NCBI GenBank assembly: GCA_036375075.1
Contig: DASUSN010000216.1
Span: 10,302 to 74,301 of the forward strand
Length of the DNA stretch: 64,000 nucleotides
Reading direction: 5' to 3'
From: Thermoanaerobaculia bacterium
Lineage (GTDB): Bacteria; Acidobacteriota; Thermoanaerobaculia; Gp7-AA8
Of this stretch, positions 18,721 to 27,606 are shown in pieces (positions within the stretch are counted from its first letter, which is position 1; every line of letters starts with the position of its first letter). Made by a program: the position numbers and the translations under genes. Below the pieces are notes generated by a model. That model saw only the letters and a program-made list of their open reading frames with translations. It was not told the origin of the DNA and ran no database searches.

Positions 18721-18900
18721 ATGTTTGGCTCGTTTGGTTTACCGGAACTGCTCATCATCCTCGTGATCGTCGTCGTGATCTTCGGCGCGAGCAAGCTGCC
18801 CCAGCTCGGCCGCGGTCTCGGCGAGGGGATCTCGAACTTCCGCGACGGCATCAAGGGGAAGGACGACAAAGCCCTCCCGAAGTCGTCCGACGACAAGTAA
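18721..18900 (+). CDS. tatA: Twin-arginine translocase subunit TatA/E (59 aa, below the ORF-track size cut-off)
   Basis: Hand translation: [67 protein letters not shown] at 18706-18710. Confidence 0.8.
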   Translation: MFGSFGLPELLIILVIVVVIFGASKLPQLGRGLGEGISNFRDGIKGKDDKALPKSSDDK

Positions 18901-19725
18901 GTGAAGTGGCTCATCACCGGTGCCGGAGGGATGCTCGGCACCGACCTCCGCGATGAGCTCGCCCGCCGCGGCGAGCCGGTCGTCGCCCTCACCCGCACCG
19001 ATCTCGACGTGACGGACTCGCGTCTCGTGGATGCGGCCGTGGCCGAGCACGCACCCGACGTGATCGTGAACTGCGCGGCGTACACGAAGGTCGACCTCGC
19101 GGAGTCCGAGGAGGCGGCGGCGAACGCGATCAACGGGTCGGCGGTCGAGCTGCTCGCATCCGCGGCGAACGAAGCGGGCGCGCTGCTCGTGCAGGTGTCC
19201 ACGGACTTCGTCTTCGACGGCTCGAAGCGCGAGCCGTACGAGGCCGGCGACCCCACCAACCCCCTCTCCGCGTACGGCCGCTCAAAGCTCCTCGGCGAGG
19301 TCGCGGCGCGTCACGCGGAGAAGCATCTGATCGTGCGCACGTCGTGGCTGTTCGGCACGCACGGTCCGAACTTCGTGGAAGCCATCCGCAACCAGATCCG
19401 CAAGGGTGTGGACTCGCTGCGCGTGGTGAACGACCAGCGCGGCCGGCCGACGTACACGCCGCACCTCGCGCGGGCGATCGTCCGCCTGGCGCTGCAGTCG
19501 GCGCAGGGCATCGTGCACTACGCCGACGCGGACGAATGCTCGTGGTACGACTTTGCGTGCGCGATCGCTCCCGGGTTCCCGATTCACCCGGTGACGAGCG
19601 AGGAGTTTCCCCGTCCGGCGCGGCGACCCGCCTATTCGGTGCTGTCGACGGGCCGCTACGAGGAGTTGACCGGGGTCCGTCCGGACTCGTGGCGGGACGG
19701 GCTGCGCGAATACCTCCGGGAGTGA
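18901..19725 (+). CDS. rfbD: dTDP-4-dehydrorhamnose reductase
   Basis: GTG start immediately after the tatA stop. MKWLITGAGGMLGTDL...YTKVD...SAYGRSK (SDR-type RmlD pattern). Confidence 0.8.
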   Translation: MKWLITGAGGMLGTDLRDELARRGEPVVALTRTDLDVTDSRLVDAAVAEHAPDVIVNCAAYTKVDLAESEEAAANAINGSAVELLASAANEAGALLVQVSTDFVFDGSKREPYEAGDPTNPLSAYGRSKLLGEVAARHAEKHLIVRTSWLFGTHGPNFVEAIRNQIRKGVDSLRVVNDQRGRPTYTPHLARAIVRLALQSAQGIVHYADADECSWYDFACAIAPGFPIHPVTSEEFPRPARRPAYSVLSTGRYEELTGVRPDSWRDGLREYLRE

Positions 19726-19737
19726 TGAACGATGAGA

Positions 19738-19763
19738 GATGAGTGATGAGCTCATCACTCATC
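19738..19763. terminator. Perfect 26-bp palindrome GATGAGTGATGAGCTCATCACTCATC between convergent rfbD and tlyA; probable bidirectional terminator
   Basis: Read directly from sequence; flanked by further GATGAG/CATCAC repeats (19726-19790). Confidence 0.55.
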
Positions 19764-19775
19764 TGTCATCACTCA

Positions 19776-20510
19776 TCACTCGTCCTGCGTTGACGCATAC
19801 ATCAGATACTCCATGTTCCCCTCCGCGCCACGGATCGGGCTTTCGATCACCGCCTTGACGTCGAAGCCGTTCTCCCTCGCGAACTCGACGACCGAGTCGA
19901 CGGCCGCCTGCCGCTTCGCGTCGTCGCGCACGATGCCGCCCTTGCCGACGTCGTGCTTGCCGACCTCGAACTGCGGCTTGATCAGCGCCACCAGCTCGCC
20001 GCGGAGGAACCCGGCCACCGCCGGCAGGATCAGCTTCAGGGAGATGAACGACACGTCGATGGAGGCGAACTCGATCGGCTCGTCGAAGTTCTCCGGCTGC
20101 AGGTAACGCGCGTTCACCTTCTCGCGGTTGACGACGCGCGGATCGTTCCGCAGAGAGACGTCGAGCTGCCCGTAGCCGACGTCGATCGCATACACCTTCG
20201 CCGCGCCGTGCTTCAACATCACGTCCGTGAAACCGCCGGTGGATGCACCAATATCCGCACACGTTTTCCCGTGTACATTGATGTCGAACATTTTCAGCGC
20301 GTGCGCGAGCTTCATCCCGCCGCGGCCGACCCATGGATGCTCGAGCTCCGCGACCGTCACCTCGTCGTCCCCGGCGACGTTCGCCCCGGCCTTGTCGACG
20401 AACTGCCCGTTCACCAGGACCCGCCGGGCCATGATCAGCGACTGCGCCTTCGACCGGGTGTCGACCAGACCGCGCTCGACGAGCGCGACGTCGAGGCGCT
20501 GTTTCTTCAT
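19776..20510 (-). CDS. tlyA: TlyA-family rRNA 2'-O-methyltransferase (hemolysin A homolog)
   Basis: S4 domain N-terminus (RLDVALVERGLVDTRSKAQSLI) + FtsJ-like MTase (CADIGASTGGFTDVML). Confidence 0.85.
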   Translation of the reverse strand: MKKQRLDVALVERGLVDTRSKAQSLIMARRVLVNGQFVDKAGANVAGDDEVTVAELEHPWVGRGGMKLAHALKMFDINVHGKTCADIGASTGGFTDVMLKHGAAKVYAIDVGYGQLDVSLRNDPRVVNREKVNARYLQPENFDEPIEFASIDVSFISLKLILPAVAGFLRGELVALIKPQFEVGKHDVGKGGIVRDDAKRQAAVDSVVEFARENGFDVKAVIESPIRGAEGNMEYLMYASTQDE

Positions 20511-20911
20511 TGGCTGACGACGGTGAAGCCTTCCTGACGGAAGTGGTGGTCGTTGGTGAGCACGTCTTTGATGCCTCGCTCCCGCATTACGACCATCGAC
20601 ATGCAGTCGACGAGGGAGTACTCCTTGTCGGGACGGGATTCGTAGAAGTCCAACGCCTTAGGGAAGAGCGAGCTCGCAGGAACGACGTCAAACTGACGCA
20701 GCACTTCGCGGACACCGACGACAGCGTTGTTTCTCGAGCCCGGGCCAAACCCCGAAAAATACGTGAGCACTTCGGTGAGGACGGCGTCGTGCGTCACAAG
20801 GGCGGCCCGCACGAGCTGAGGTCCCAGGCGCCTCGCGCGCTCATGATGAGCGTCGAAACGGTCGAGACGCGCAATGAAAAACCATGAATCGACGAAGTAC
20901 TGCCGCTCCAT
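20507..20911 (-). CDS. PIN-domain protein (VapC-like RNase fold), translationally coupled between dxs and tlyA
   Basis: 134 aa. Acidic residues in PIN-like positions (FVDSWFFIA..D...TNDHHF). TAATG overlap with the dxs stop and ATGA overlap with the tlyA start. No adjacent antitoxin-like small ORF. Confidence 0.6.
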   Translation of the reverse strand: MERQYFVDSWFFIARLDRFDAHHERARRLGPQLVRAALVTHDAVLTEVLTYFSGFGPGSRNNAVVGVREVLRQFDVVPASSLFPKALDFYESRPDKEYSLVDCMSMVVMRERGIKDVLTNDHHFRQEGFTVVSQ

Positions 20912-22947
20912 TACTTCACGTTCGCGCGACGAGGCAGGCCGTAGACCACTTCGTCGATGTGGTCTGAATCCACACCCCGCTCATGTGCCGCCCGCAGCTC
21001 ATCCTCTGGCATGCGTCCGGCGATCTCGTCCATCAGCTCCATGACGCGGCGTGTTCGTTCCGCCGGCTGCTCGCCCACGAACTCCCGCACCCGCCTGGCG
21101 ATGCCTTCGGCATGCAGGTCGTATTGCGCGCGCAGCACGTCCTGCGAGCCGTGGTGGACGTACTCGTCGGGGATGCCGATGCAGTGGAAGTCGACGTTGC
21201 GGATGCCGAGCTGCTCGCAGCGCTCCATGATGGCCGCGCCGAAGCCGCCGGCCAGGGAGCCTTCCTCGACGGTAATGACGCGCGAATAAGGCGCGCAGTA
21301 TTTCGCGATCAATTCATCATCCAAAGGCTTGATGAATCGTGCATTGATAACCGTGACGTTAATCTCTTCCTTCGCCAGGATCTCCGCGGCCTGCATCGCC
21401 GGCCAGACTTCGTTGCCGATGGCGAAGATCGTGGCAGTGTCGCCTTCGCGCAGCACTTCGCCCTTGCCGACCGGCAGCGACTTCAGCTCCGCGTCCAGGG
21501 CCACGCCCTGACCGTTGCCGCGCGGGTAGCGCAGCGACGCCGGGTGGCCGCACTCGAAGGCCGTCTTGAGCATGTGCCGCAGCTCGTTCTCGTCCTTCGG
21601 CGCCATGCAGACCATGTTCGGGAAGATCCGCAGGTAGGCCATGTCGTAGATGCCGTGGTGCGTCGGGCCGTCCGCGCCGGCGATGCCGCCGCGGTCGAGC
21701 GCGAACACGACCGGCAGGTCCATGATCGCCACGTCGTGGAAGACCTGGTCGAAGGCACGCTGCAGGAACGTCGAATAGATCGCCGCGACCGGCTTCATCC
21801 CCTGCGTGGCCATGCCGCCGCACATCGTTACCGCGTGCTCTTCGGCGATCCCGACGTCCAGCATCCGGTCCGGAAACGCCTTCCCGAATTTGTCCAGCCC
21901 CGTCCCTTCGGGCATCGCAGCCGTCACGGCGACGATCTTCGGATCGGCTTTCGCCAGCTCGATCAGCGCTTCCGCGAAGACGGCCGTGTACGTCGGCGGC
22001 TGCGGCTTGTCGGACTTGTGCACCTCGCCGGTCGGGATGTCGAACGGATTCACGCCGTGCGACCAGATCGGCTTGTTCTCGGCGGGCGTGTAGCCCTTCC
22101 CCTTCTTGGTGATGACGTGGATGAGCACCGGACCGTCGTAGTCGCGGTTCTCCTCCATGACCTGCAGCAGCAGCGGCAGATCGTGTCCGTCGTACGGCCC
22201 GAGGTACTTGAAGCCGAGCTCCTCGAACAGTGTGCCCGGCACGACCATGTTCTTGAGCACCTGCTCCATGTCGTGCGCCAGGCCGTGGAGCTTCCCGCCG
22301 ATCAGCGGGATGCGGTCCATCACGCCCTTGGCCAGGTCCTTGGCCTGGTTGTAGCGCTGGCCCTTGATGATCTGGTTCAGATAGCCCGACATGGCCCCGA
22401 CGTTGGTCGAGATCGACATGTCGTTGTCGTTCAGGACGATCATCAGCTTGCGCTTGAGATGTCCGGCCTGATTGAGGCCCTCCAGGGCGATGCCGCCGGA
22501 CAGCGCTCCGTCGCCGATGATCGCGACGACACGGTAGTCCTCCTTGCGGAAGTCGCGCGCGAGCGCGATGCCCACCGCCGCGGAGATGGACGTCGACGCG
22601 TGCCCCGCGTTGAACACGTCGAACTCCGACTCCTCGCGCTTGCAGAAGCCGGAGATCCCGTTGTGCTGCCGGATGGTGTGGAACGTATCGCGGCGCCCGG
22701 TGATCAGCTTGTGGGGATAGCTCTGGTGCCCGGTGTCGAACACGATCTGGTCGCGCGGCGTGTCGAACATGTAATGCAGCGCCAGCGTCAGCTCGACGAT
22801 GCCGAGGTTGCCGCCGAAATGGCCGCCGACGCGCGAGACCACGTCGATGATCTGATCGCGGATCTCCTGCGCGACCTGAGGGAGCTTGCGGCGATCGAGC
22901 TTGCGAAGATCGCGCGGCGAGTCGATCGAATCGAGTAGTCGTGGCAT
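20911..22947 (-). CDS. dxs: 1-deoxy-D-xylulose-5-phosphate synthase
   Basis: TPP motif GDGALSGGIALEGLNQAG and typical Dxs length and termini. Confidence 0.95.
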   Translation of the reverse strand: MPRLLDSIDSPRDLRKLDRRKLPQVAQEIRDQIIDVVSRVGGHFGGNLGIVELTLALHYMFDTPRDQIVFDTGHQSYPHKLITGRRDTFHTIRQHNGISGFCKREESEFDVFNAGHASTSISAAVGIALARDFRKEDYRVVAIIGDGALSGGIALEGLNQAGHLKRKLMIVLNDNDMSISTNVGAMSGYLNQIIKGQRYNQAKDLAKGVMDRIPLIGGKLHGLAHDMEQVLKNMVVPGTLFEELGFKYLGPYDGHDLPLLLQVMEENRDYDGPVLIHVITKKGKGYTPAENKPIWSHGVNPFDIPTGEVHKSDKPQPPTYTAVFAEALIELAKADPKIVAVTAAMPEGTGLDKFGKAFPDRMLDVGIAEEHAVTMCGGMATQGMKPVAAIYSTFLQRAFDQVFHDVAIMDLPVVFALDRGGIAGADGPTHHGIYDMAYLRIFPNMVCMAPKDENELRHMLKTAFECGHPASLRYPRGNGQGVALDAELKSLPVGKGEVLREGDTATIFAIGNEVWPAMQAAEILAKEEINVTVINARFIKPLDDELIAKYCAPYSRVITVEEGSLAGGFGAAIMERCEQLGIRNVDFHCIGIPDEYVHHGSQDVLRAQYDLHAEGIARRVREFVGEQPAERTRRVMELMDEIAGRMPEDELRAAHERGVDSDHIDEVVYGLPRRANVK

Positions 22948-22973
22948 CGTTTTTCCGGTTTCCAGACCGCTTT

Positions 22974-23885
22974 TCAGGAGCGGCGTTCGCAAATGTAACG
23001 TGCGATCGGGGTGAGGGTATTCACGGGACCGGCGATCATATCAGCGTTATCCACGGCCTCCCGGAGCAGCCGGTCCACCTCCGCACGTGCAGCATCGACG
23101 CCCAGAAGCGCCGGGTAGGTCAGCTTTCCCTGAGCGACGTCCTTGCCCGCCGTCTTCCCCAGGATCAGCGAGGACTGCTCGATGTCCAGCAGGTCGTCCA
23201 CGATCTGGAAGGCCAGACCGAGCGCGGCCGCATAGCGCCCGAGCGCCTCGAGCTGCCCGTCCGACGCGCCGCCGAGGAGACCGCCCAGGAGGACGGTGGC
23301 GGTGAACAGCTTCCCTGTCTTGTTGCGGTGGATGAAATCCAGCTCCTCGAGCAGTGCCTCGCGGTCGCTGCTCTGGTGGTGGGAGCGCTCCGCCACGATG
23401 TCCGCGACCTGCCCGCCGATCATGCCGGTGGAGTCGACGCCCTTCGCCACCTCCGCGATCGCCCGTAACTGCCGCGCCGGCTCCACACCTGCTTCCGCGA
23501 GCGGCCGCGCCAGCCACGAAAACGCCTCGGTCAGCAGCGCGTCCCCGACCAGGATCCCCATCGCCTCCCCGTACACCACGTGCGTCGTCTTCCGTCCGCG
23601 GCGGAGGTCGTCGTTGTCGAGAGGCGGAAGGTCGTCGTGGACGAGCGAATAGGTGTGGATCAGCTCCAGAGCACAGAACGGGACCAGCAGCGGCTCGGCG
23701 TCCGCTCCTACCGCCTCCGCGGCGGCGATGGCCAGGATCGGGCGGAGGCGCTTGCCGCCGCCGAGGACCGCGTAGCGCATGGCCTCGTGGATGAGAGCCG
23801 GCGGCGTATTCGCGGGAGGCAGGTTGGCGTCGAGTATGCGGTCGACGTGCGCGCGCTTCGCGTTGAGGTACTCGCCGAGGTTCAC
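22974..23885 (-). CDS. ispA: Farnesyl diphosphate synthase / geranyltranstransferase
   Basis: LIHTYSLVHDDLP (first DDxxD) and FQIVDDLLD (second) motifs. Confidence 0.9.
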   Translation of the reverse strand: MNLGEYLNAKRAHVDRILDANLPPANTPPALIHEAMRYAVLGGGKRLRPILAIAAAEAVGADAEPLLVPFCALELIHTYSLVHDDLPPLDNDDLRRGRKTTHVVYGEAMGILVGDALLTEAFSWLARPLAEAGVEPARQLRAIAEVAKGVDSTGMIGGQVADIVAERSHHQSSDREALLEELDFIHRNKTGKLFTATVLLGGLLGGASDGQLEALGRYAAALGLAFQIVDDLLDIEQSSLILGKTAGKDVAQGKLTYPALLGVDAARAEVDRLLREAVDNADMIAGPVNTLTPIARYICERRS

Positions 23886-24148
23886 TCCGCGATTTCCTCG
23901 TCGTGGTGCAGCTCCTCGTCGTCCTCGAACGGCTCGGTGACCGGCTGCCCCTTCGCGTCGGCGAGGATCAGCTCGATCTTCTTCTCTACCTCTTCCAGCC
24001 GCTGGTGGCAGAAGCGCGACAGCCGGATCCCTTCCTCGAAGAGCTGCAGCGACTCGTCGAGCGGCATCTCCTCGCCCTCCAGGCGCTGCACGATCTTTTC
24101 GAGCTGCTGGAAGGCCTTTTCGAACTCGTTGGGGCGGCGGGCGGCCAT
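23882..24148 (-). CDS. xseB: Exodeoxyribonuclease VII small subunit
   Basis: 88 aa. FEKAFQQLEKIVQRLEGEEMPLDESLQLFEEGIRLSRFC is the XseB pattern. ATGA overlap with ispA. Confidence 0.85.
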   Translation of the reverse strand: MAARRPNEFEKAFQQLEKIVQRLEGEEMPLDESLQLFEEGIRLSRFCHQRLEEVEKKIELILADAKGQPVTEPFEDDEELHHDEEIAE

Positions 24149-24200
24149 TGCGCGCGGTTTATACCAGATGCGCCCCTGCCTATTTCGAGTGCGGCGGCCG

Positions 24201-25514
24201 CTACAGCGACTCCACGTCCGGCCAGAGACTCTCCACGCCCAGAGTCTTCGCGTCGACGGTGGCGTTCAGCCGTCCCTTCTTGAGCTGCACCTCGATCGGG
24301 TCGCCGACCTGCACCTGCGCGGAGTCGAGGATCGGTTTGCGGCCGCGCTTCGTGCGCGAGAAGGCGATGGCGTAGCCGCGCGACAGCACGGACAGCGGCG
24401 ACACTGCCTGCAGCGTGGCAACGACCCCGCGGAGGCGGTGGCGCTCGCGCTCGATCCGGGCCGGGTACTTCGCCAGCGGCTCGTCGCACGCCCGGAGGCG
24501 GACGCGCAGCGACTTCGCCCGCGCGTCGAGCATGCGGTACAGCAGCATGCGCCGGCGCTCGAGGCGCTCGCGCATCAGGGCCGCGCGGCGCACGACGATG
24601 CCGAGGCGGTCCGAGGACGAGAGATGGCGCAGCTCGTGGCGGTAGTTGCGCACGCGGCCCTCGAGCACGTGGCGCACGCGGCGCACCATGTGGTCGATCT
24701 GCGTGCAGATCTCGCTCTTCGCGCGGATGACGATCTCCGCCGCGGCGGACGGCGTCGGCGCGCGCAGGTCGGCCACGAAATCGCAGATCGTGAAGTCCGT
24801 CTCGTGGCCGACGCCGGAGATCGTCGGGATCTCGCAGTCCGCGACCGCGCGCGCCACGACCTCCTCGTTGAAGGCCCAGAGGTCCTCCAGCGAGCCCCCG
24901 CCGCGCACGATCAGGACGACGTCGTGCAGCTTCCAGCGCGAGAGATTTCGGACCGCGGCCGCGATCTCGCGTCCCGCGGTCGCGCCCTGCACGCGCACCG
25001 GGTAGATCTGCAGGGAGAGTCCTTCGAAGCGGCGGCCCAGCACGTTGAGGATGTCGCGAATCGCGGCGCCGGTGGGACTGGTCACCACCGCGATGCGCTG
25101 CGGCAGCATCGGGATCGGCTTCTTCCGGGCGGGATCGAACAGCCCTTCCTCCGCCAGCCGCTTCTTGAGCTGCTCGAACGCGAGCTGCAGCGCGCCGAGG
25201 CCCGCCGGCTCCGCGGAGACGGCGTTGAGCTGAAACTCCCCCTTCGCCTCGTAGACCGACAGGCGCCCGCGGACGATGAGCTGCAGCCCGTTCTCGATGC
25301 GGAAGCGCAGAAAGCGCGCCTGCGTGGCGAACAACACCACCCGGATCTGCGCGCGCGCGTCCTTCAGCGTGAAGTACTGATGCCCCGCGGCGGACCGCGT
25401 GAAGTTCGAGACCTCCCCTTCGACGGAGATGTCGTTGTAGCGGTACAGGTCGAGATTGATCTGCCGGATCAACTCGGAGACGGAGTACGTGCGCGCTTCG
25501 GGCATCGCCGTCAT
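24201..25514 (-). CDS. xseA: Exodeoxyribonuclease VII large subunit
   Basis: 437 aa. N-terminal OB fold (VEGEVSNFTRSAAGHQYFTLKD), central XseA catalytic region. Confidence 0.9.
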   Translation of the reverse strand: MTAMPEARTYSVSELIRQINLDLYRYNDISVEGEVSNFTRSAAGHQYFTLKDARAQIRVVLFATQARFLRFRIENGLQLIVRGRLSVYEAKGEFQLNAVSAEPAGLGALQLAFEQLKKRLAEEGLFDPARKKPIPMLPQRIAVVTSPTGAAIRDILNVLGRRFEGLSLQIYPVRVQGATAGREIAAAVRNLSRWKLHDVVLIVRGGGSLEDLWAFNEEVVARAVADCEIPTISGVGHETDFTICDFVADLRAPTPSAAAEIVIRAKSEICTQIDHMVRRVRHVLEGRVRNYRHELRHLSSSDRLGIVVRRAALMRERLERRRMLLYRMLDARAKSLRVRLRACDEPLAKYPARIERERHRLRGVVATLQAVSPLSVLSRGYAIAFSRTKRGRKPILDSAQVQVGDPIEVQLKKGRLNATVDAKTLGVESLWPDVESL

Positions 25515-25622
25515 GATCTCACTCCGCGCCGGTTACGAAACTCACAATAAACAGGCACTACTCTTGCCTTTGAGCTGAGGCGCCGGGCCACACGACGTGG
25601 CCCGCAAAACAACAGGAGTCAG

Positions 25623-26018
25623 ATGATCATGATCCAGAAACTGATGCGCAATTCTGTGGCCGCCGCGGGATTTGCGGCCCTTCTCCTCGTCGGAGCGTGC
25701 GCGAGCAACGACAACCTGCGCGATACCACCGAGACCACCGACTCGACCGATCAGGTCATTCAGGTCCAGCCCGAGGCTGCCAACGTCGAAGTGACCGGGA
25801 ACATGGACCCGTCGCCCATCGTGCCGGACTCGACGACGGTCACCACCGTCGACACGACCGCTTCGCTGAGCACGACCCCGTCCACCTCCTCCACGGTCAC
25901 CACGGTCGAGACGACCACGGTCCCGATGACCTCGTCGGTGCAGGAGTCGACCACCACGACCGACGATGATGATGACGACGACGAGACCCCGGCGCGCACC
26001 CGCATGCGCAAGGACTAG
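25623..26018 (+). CDS. Small lipoprotein with Thr/Ser-rich low-complexity region and poly-Asp tail
   Basis: Signal peptide + lipobox LLVGAC, then TTVTTVDTTASLSTTPSTSSTVTTVETTTVPMTSS..TTTDDDDDDDE. Confidence 0.5.
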   Translation: MIMIQKLMRNSVAAAGFAALLLVGACASNDNLRDTTETTDSTDQVIQVQPEAANVEVTGNMDPSPIVPDSTTVTTVDTTASLSTTPSTSSTVTTVETTTVPMTSSVQESTTTTDDDDDDDETPARTRMRKD

Positions 26019-26022
26019 CTCG

Positions 26023-26058
26023 TCACGGATCGCGCGAACCAAACGGCGGGCCTCGGGC
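26023..26058. terminator. Rho-independent terminator (stem AACGGCG/CGCCGTT followed by T-tract) downstream of the lipoprotein gene and at the 3' end of mlaF
   Basis: aaacggcgggcctcgggctcgccgttttcgtttttc. Confidence 0.6.
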
Positions 26059-26074
26059 TCGCCGTTTTCGTTTT

Positions 26075-26833
26075 TCAGTCCTCGGTCGCCGTGAGCGGGC
26101 CTTCCGCGCGCCCTTCGATGAACTGCCGCACGATCGGGTTCTTCGACGCCTGAAACTCCTCCGGCGTCCCCTCCTCGACGATCGTCCCGCGGTGCAACAT
26201 GGCCACGCGGTCCGCGATCTTGAACGCGACCTTCATGTCGTGCGTGATGGTCACGGTCGTGGTCCCGAGCTTCTGGTCCATTTCCACAATCAGATCGGCG
26301 ATGACGTCGCTGATCACCGGGTCGAGGCCGGTCGTCGGCTCGTCGAACAGCAGGATGTCGGGCTTGAGCGAAATCGCCCGCGCGAAGCCGACGCGGCGGC
26401 GCATGCCGCCCGAGAGCTCCGACGGCCGCTTCTTCTCGACGCCGTGGAGATGCACGTCATCGAGGCACTCCTCGACGCGCGTGCGGATCTCCGCTTCCGT
26501 CATCTTCGTGTGCCGGCGCAGCGGGAAGGCGATGTTCTCGAACACCGACATCGAGTCGAACAGCGCGCCTTCCTGGAAGGCCATCCCGAAGTGGCGGCGG
26601 AAGCGGTTCAGCTCCACTTCGCTCATGGCCGTGATGTCCTCGCCGGCGATGAGCACGCGTCCCTGGTCCGGCCGCAGCAGCCCGATGATGTGCTTGAGGG
26701 TGACGCTCTTGCCCGTGCCCGAGCCGCCGACGATCACCAGCGACTCTCCCTGCGCCACCTCGATCGACATGTCGTTCAGCACCTGCTTGCCGTCGAAGGC
26801 TTTGTAGAGGTGCTGCAGGGAGATCGTCTGCAT
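26075..26833 (-). CDS. mlaF: ABC transporter ATP-binding protein, MlaF-like
   Basis: Walker A GGSGTGKS, signature LSGGMRRRVGFARA, Walker B LLFDEPTTGLD. Confidence 0.8.
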   Translation of the reverse strand: MQTISLQHLYKAFDGKQVLNDMSIEVAQGESLVIVGGSGTGKSVTLKHIIGLLRPDQGRVLIAGEDITAMSEVELNRFRRHFGMAFQEGALFDSMSVFENIAFPLRRHTKMTEAEIRTRVEECLDDVHLHGVEKKRPSELSGGMRRRVGFARAISLKPDILLFDEPTTGLDPVISDVIADLIVEMDQKLGTTTVTITHDMKVAFKIADRVAMLHRGTIVEEGTPEEFQASKNPIVRQFIEGRAEGPLTATED

Positions 26834-26835
26834 GA

Positions 26836-27606
26836 TCAGAAGAGGATCTTGGTCAGGAAGAAGTCGCTGAGCAGGATGATCAGCGACGCCGACACCACGG
26901 CATTGGTGGTCGCGCGGCCGACCCCTTCCGCGCCGCCGGTCGTGTAGTAGCCGCGCACGCAGCCGGTCAGCGTGAGGATCAGGCCGAACACCGCGGCCTT
27001 GATCAAGCCGCTGTAGACGTCGCTCAACTGCAGGAACTGGAAGGTGTTCTGCTTGTAGACCACCGGGTTCGTCTTCAGCAGCTTCACCGCGACGAGATAG
27101 CCGCCGTAGATGCCGAGCGCGTCGCCGAGGATGCAGAGGAACGGCAGCATGATCACGCCGGCGATGACGCGCGGCACGAACAGGTACTGGATCGGCTCCG
27201 TCGCCAGCGCCTTGAGCGCGTCGAGCTGCTCGGTGACGCGCATCGTGCCGATCTCCGCCGCCATCGACGAGCCGACGCGGCCCGTGACCATCAGGCCCAC
27301 CAGCACCGGCGCCAGCTCGCGCAGCATCGCCAGCGACACGACGCTGGCCACGAACTGCTCCGCGTGCACGCGCTGGAATCCGGCGAACGTCTGCAGCGCG
27401 AGCACCATCCCGGTGAACATGGTCGTGAGGAAGACGACCGGGATGGAGTCGACGCCGAGGCGGACCATCTGGCGGAACCACTCCCGGAAGTCGTAGGGCG
27501 GGCGGAACATCCACAGGATCGTGCGCCCGAGCGCGTCGAACCAGATTCCGGTCTGCTCGAACCACGAGAGGAAGCGCCGGCCGATGCGATCGAGGATCGT
27601 GATCAT
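26836..27606 (-). CDS. mlaE: ABC transporter permease, MlaE-like
   Basis: 256-aa polytopic protein with MlaE-like pattern (...LDALKALATEP...GGAEGVGRATTNAVV). No MlaD-like gene adjacent. Confidence 0.75.
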   Translation of the reverse strand: MITILDRIGRRFLSWFEQTGIWFDALGRTILWMFRPPYDFREWFRQMVRLGVDSIPVVFLTTMFTGMVLALQTFAGFQRVHAEQFVASVVSLAMLRELAPVLVGLMVTGRVGSSMAAEIGTMRVTEQLDALKALATEPIQYLFVPRVIAGVIMLPFLCILGDALGIYGGYLVAVKLLKTNPVVYKQNTFQFLQLSDVYSGLIKAAVFGLILTLTGCVRGYYTTGGAEGVGRATTNAVVSASLIILLSDFFLTKILF

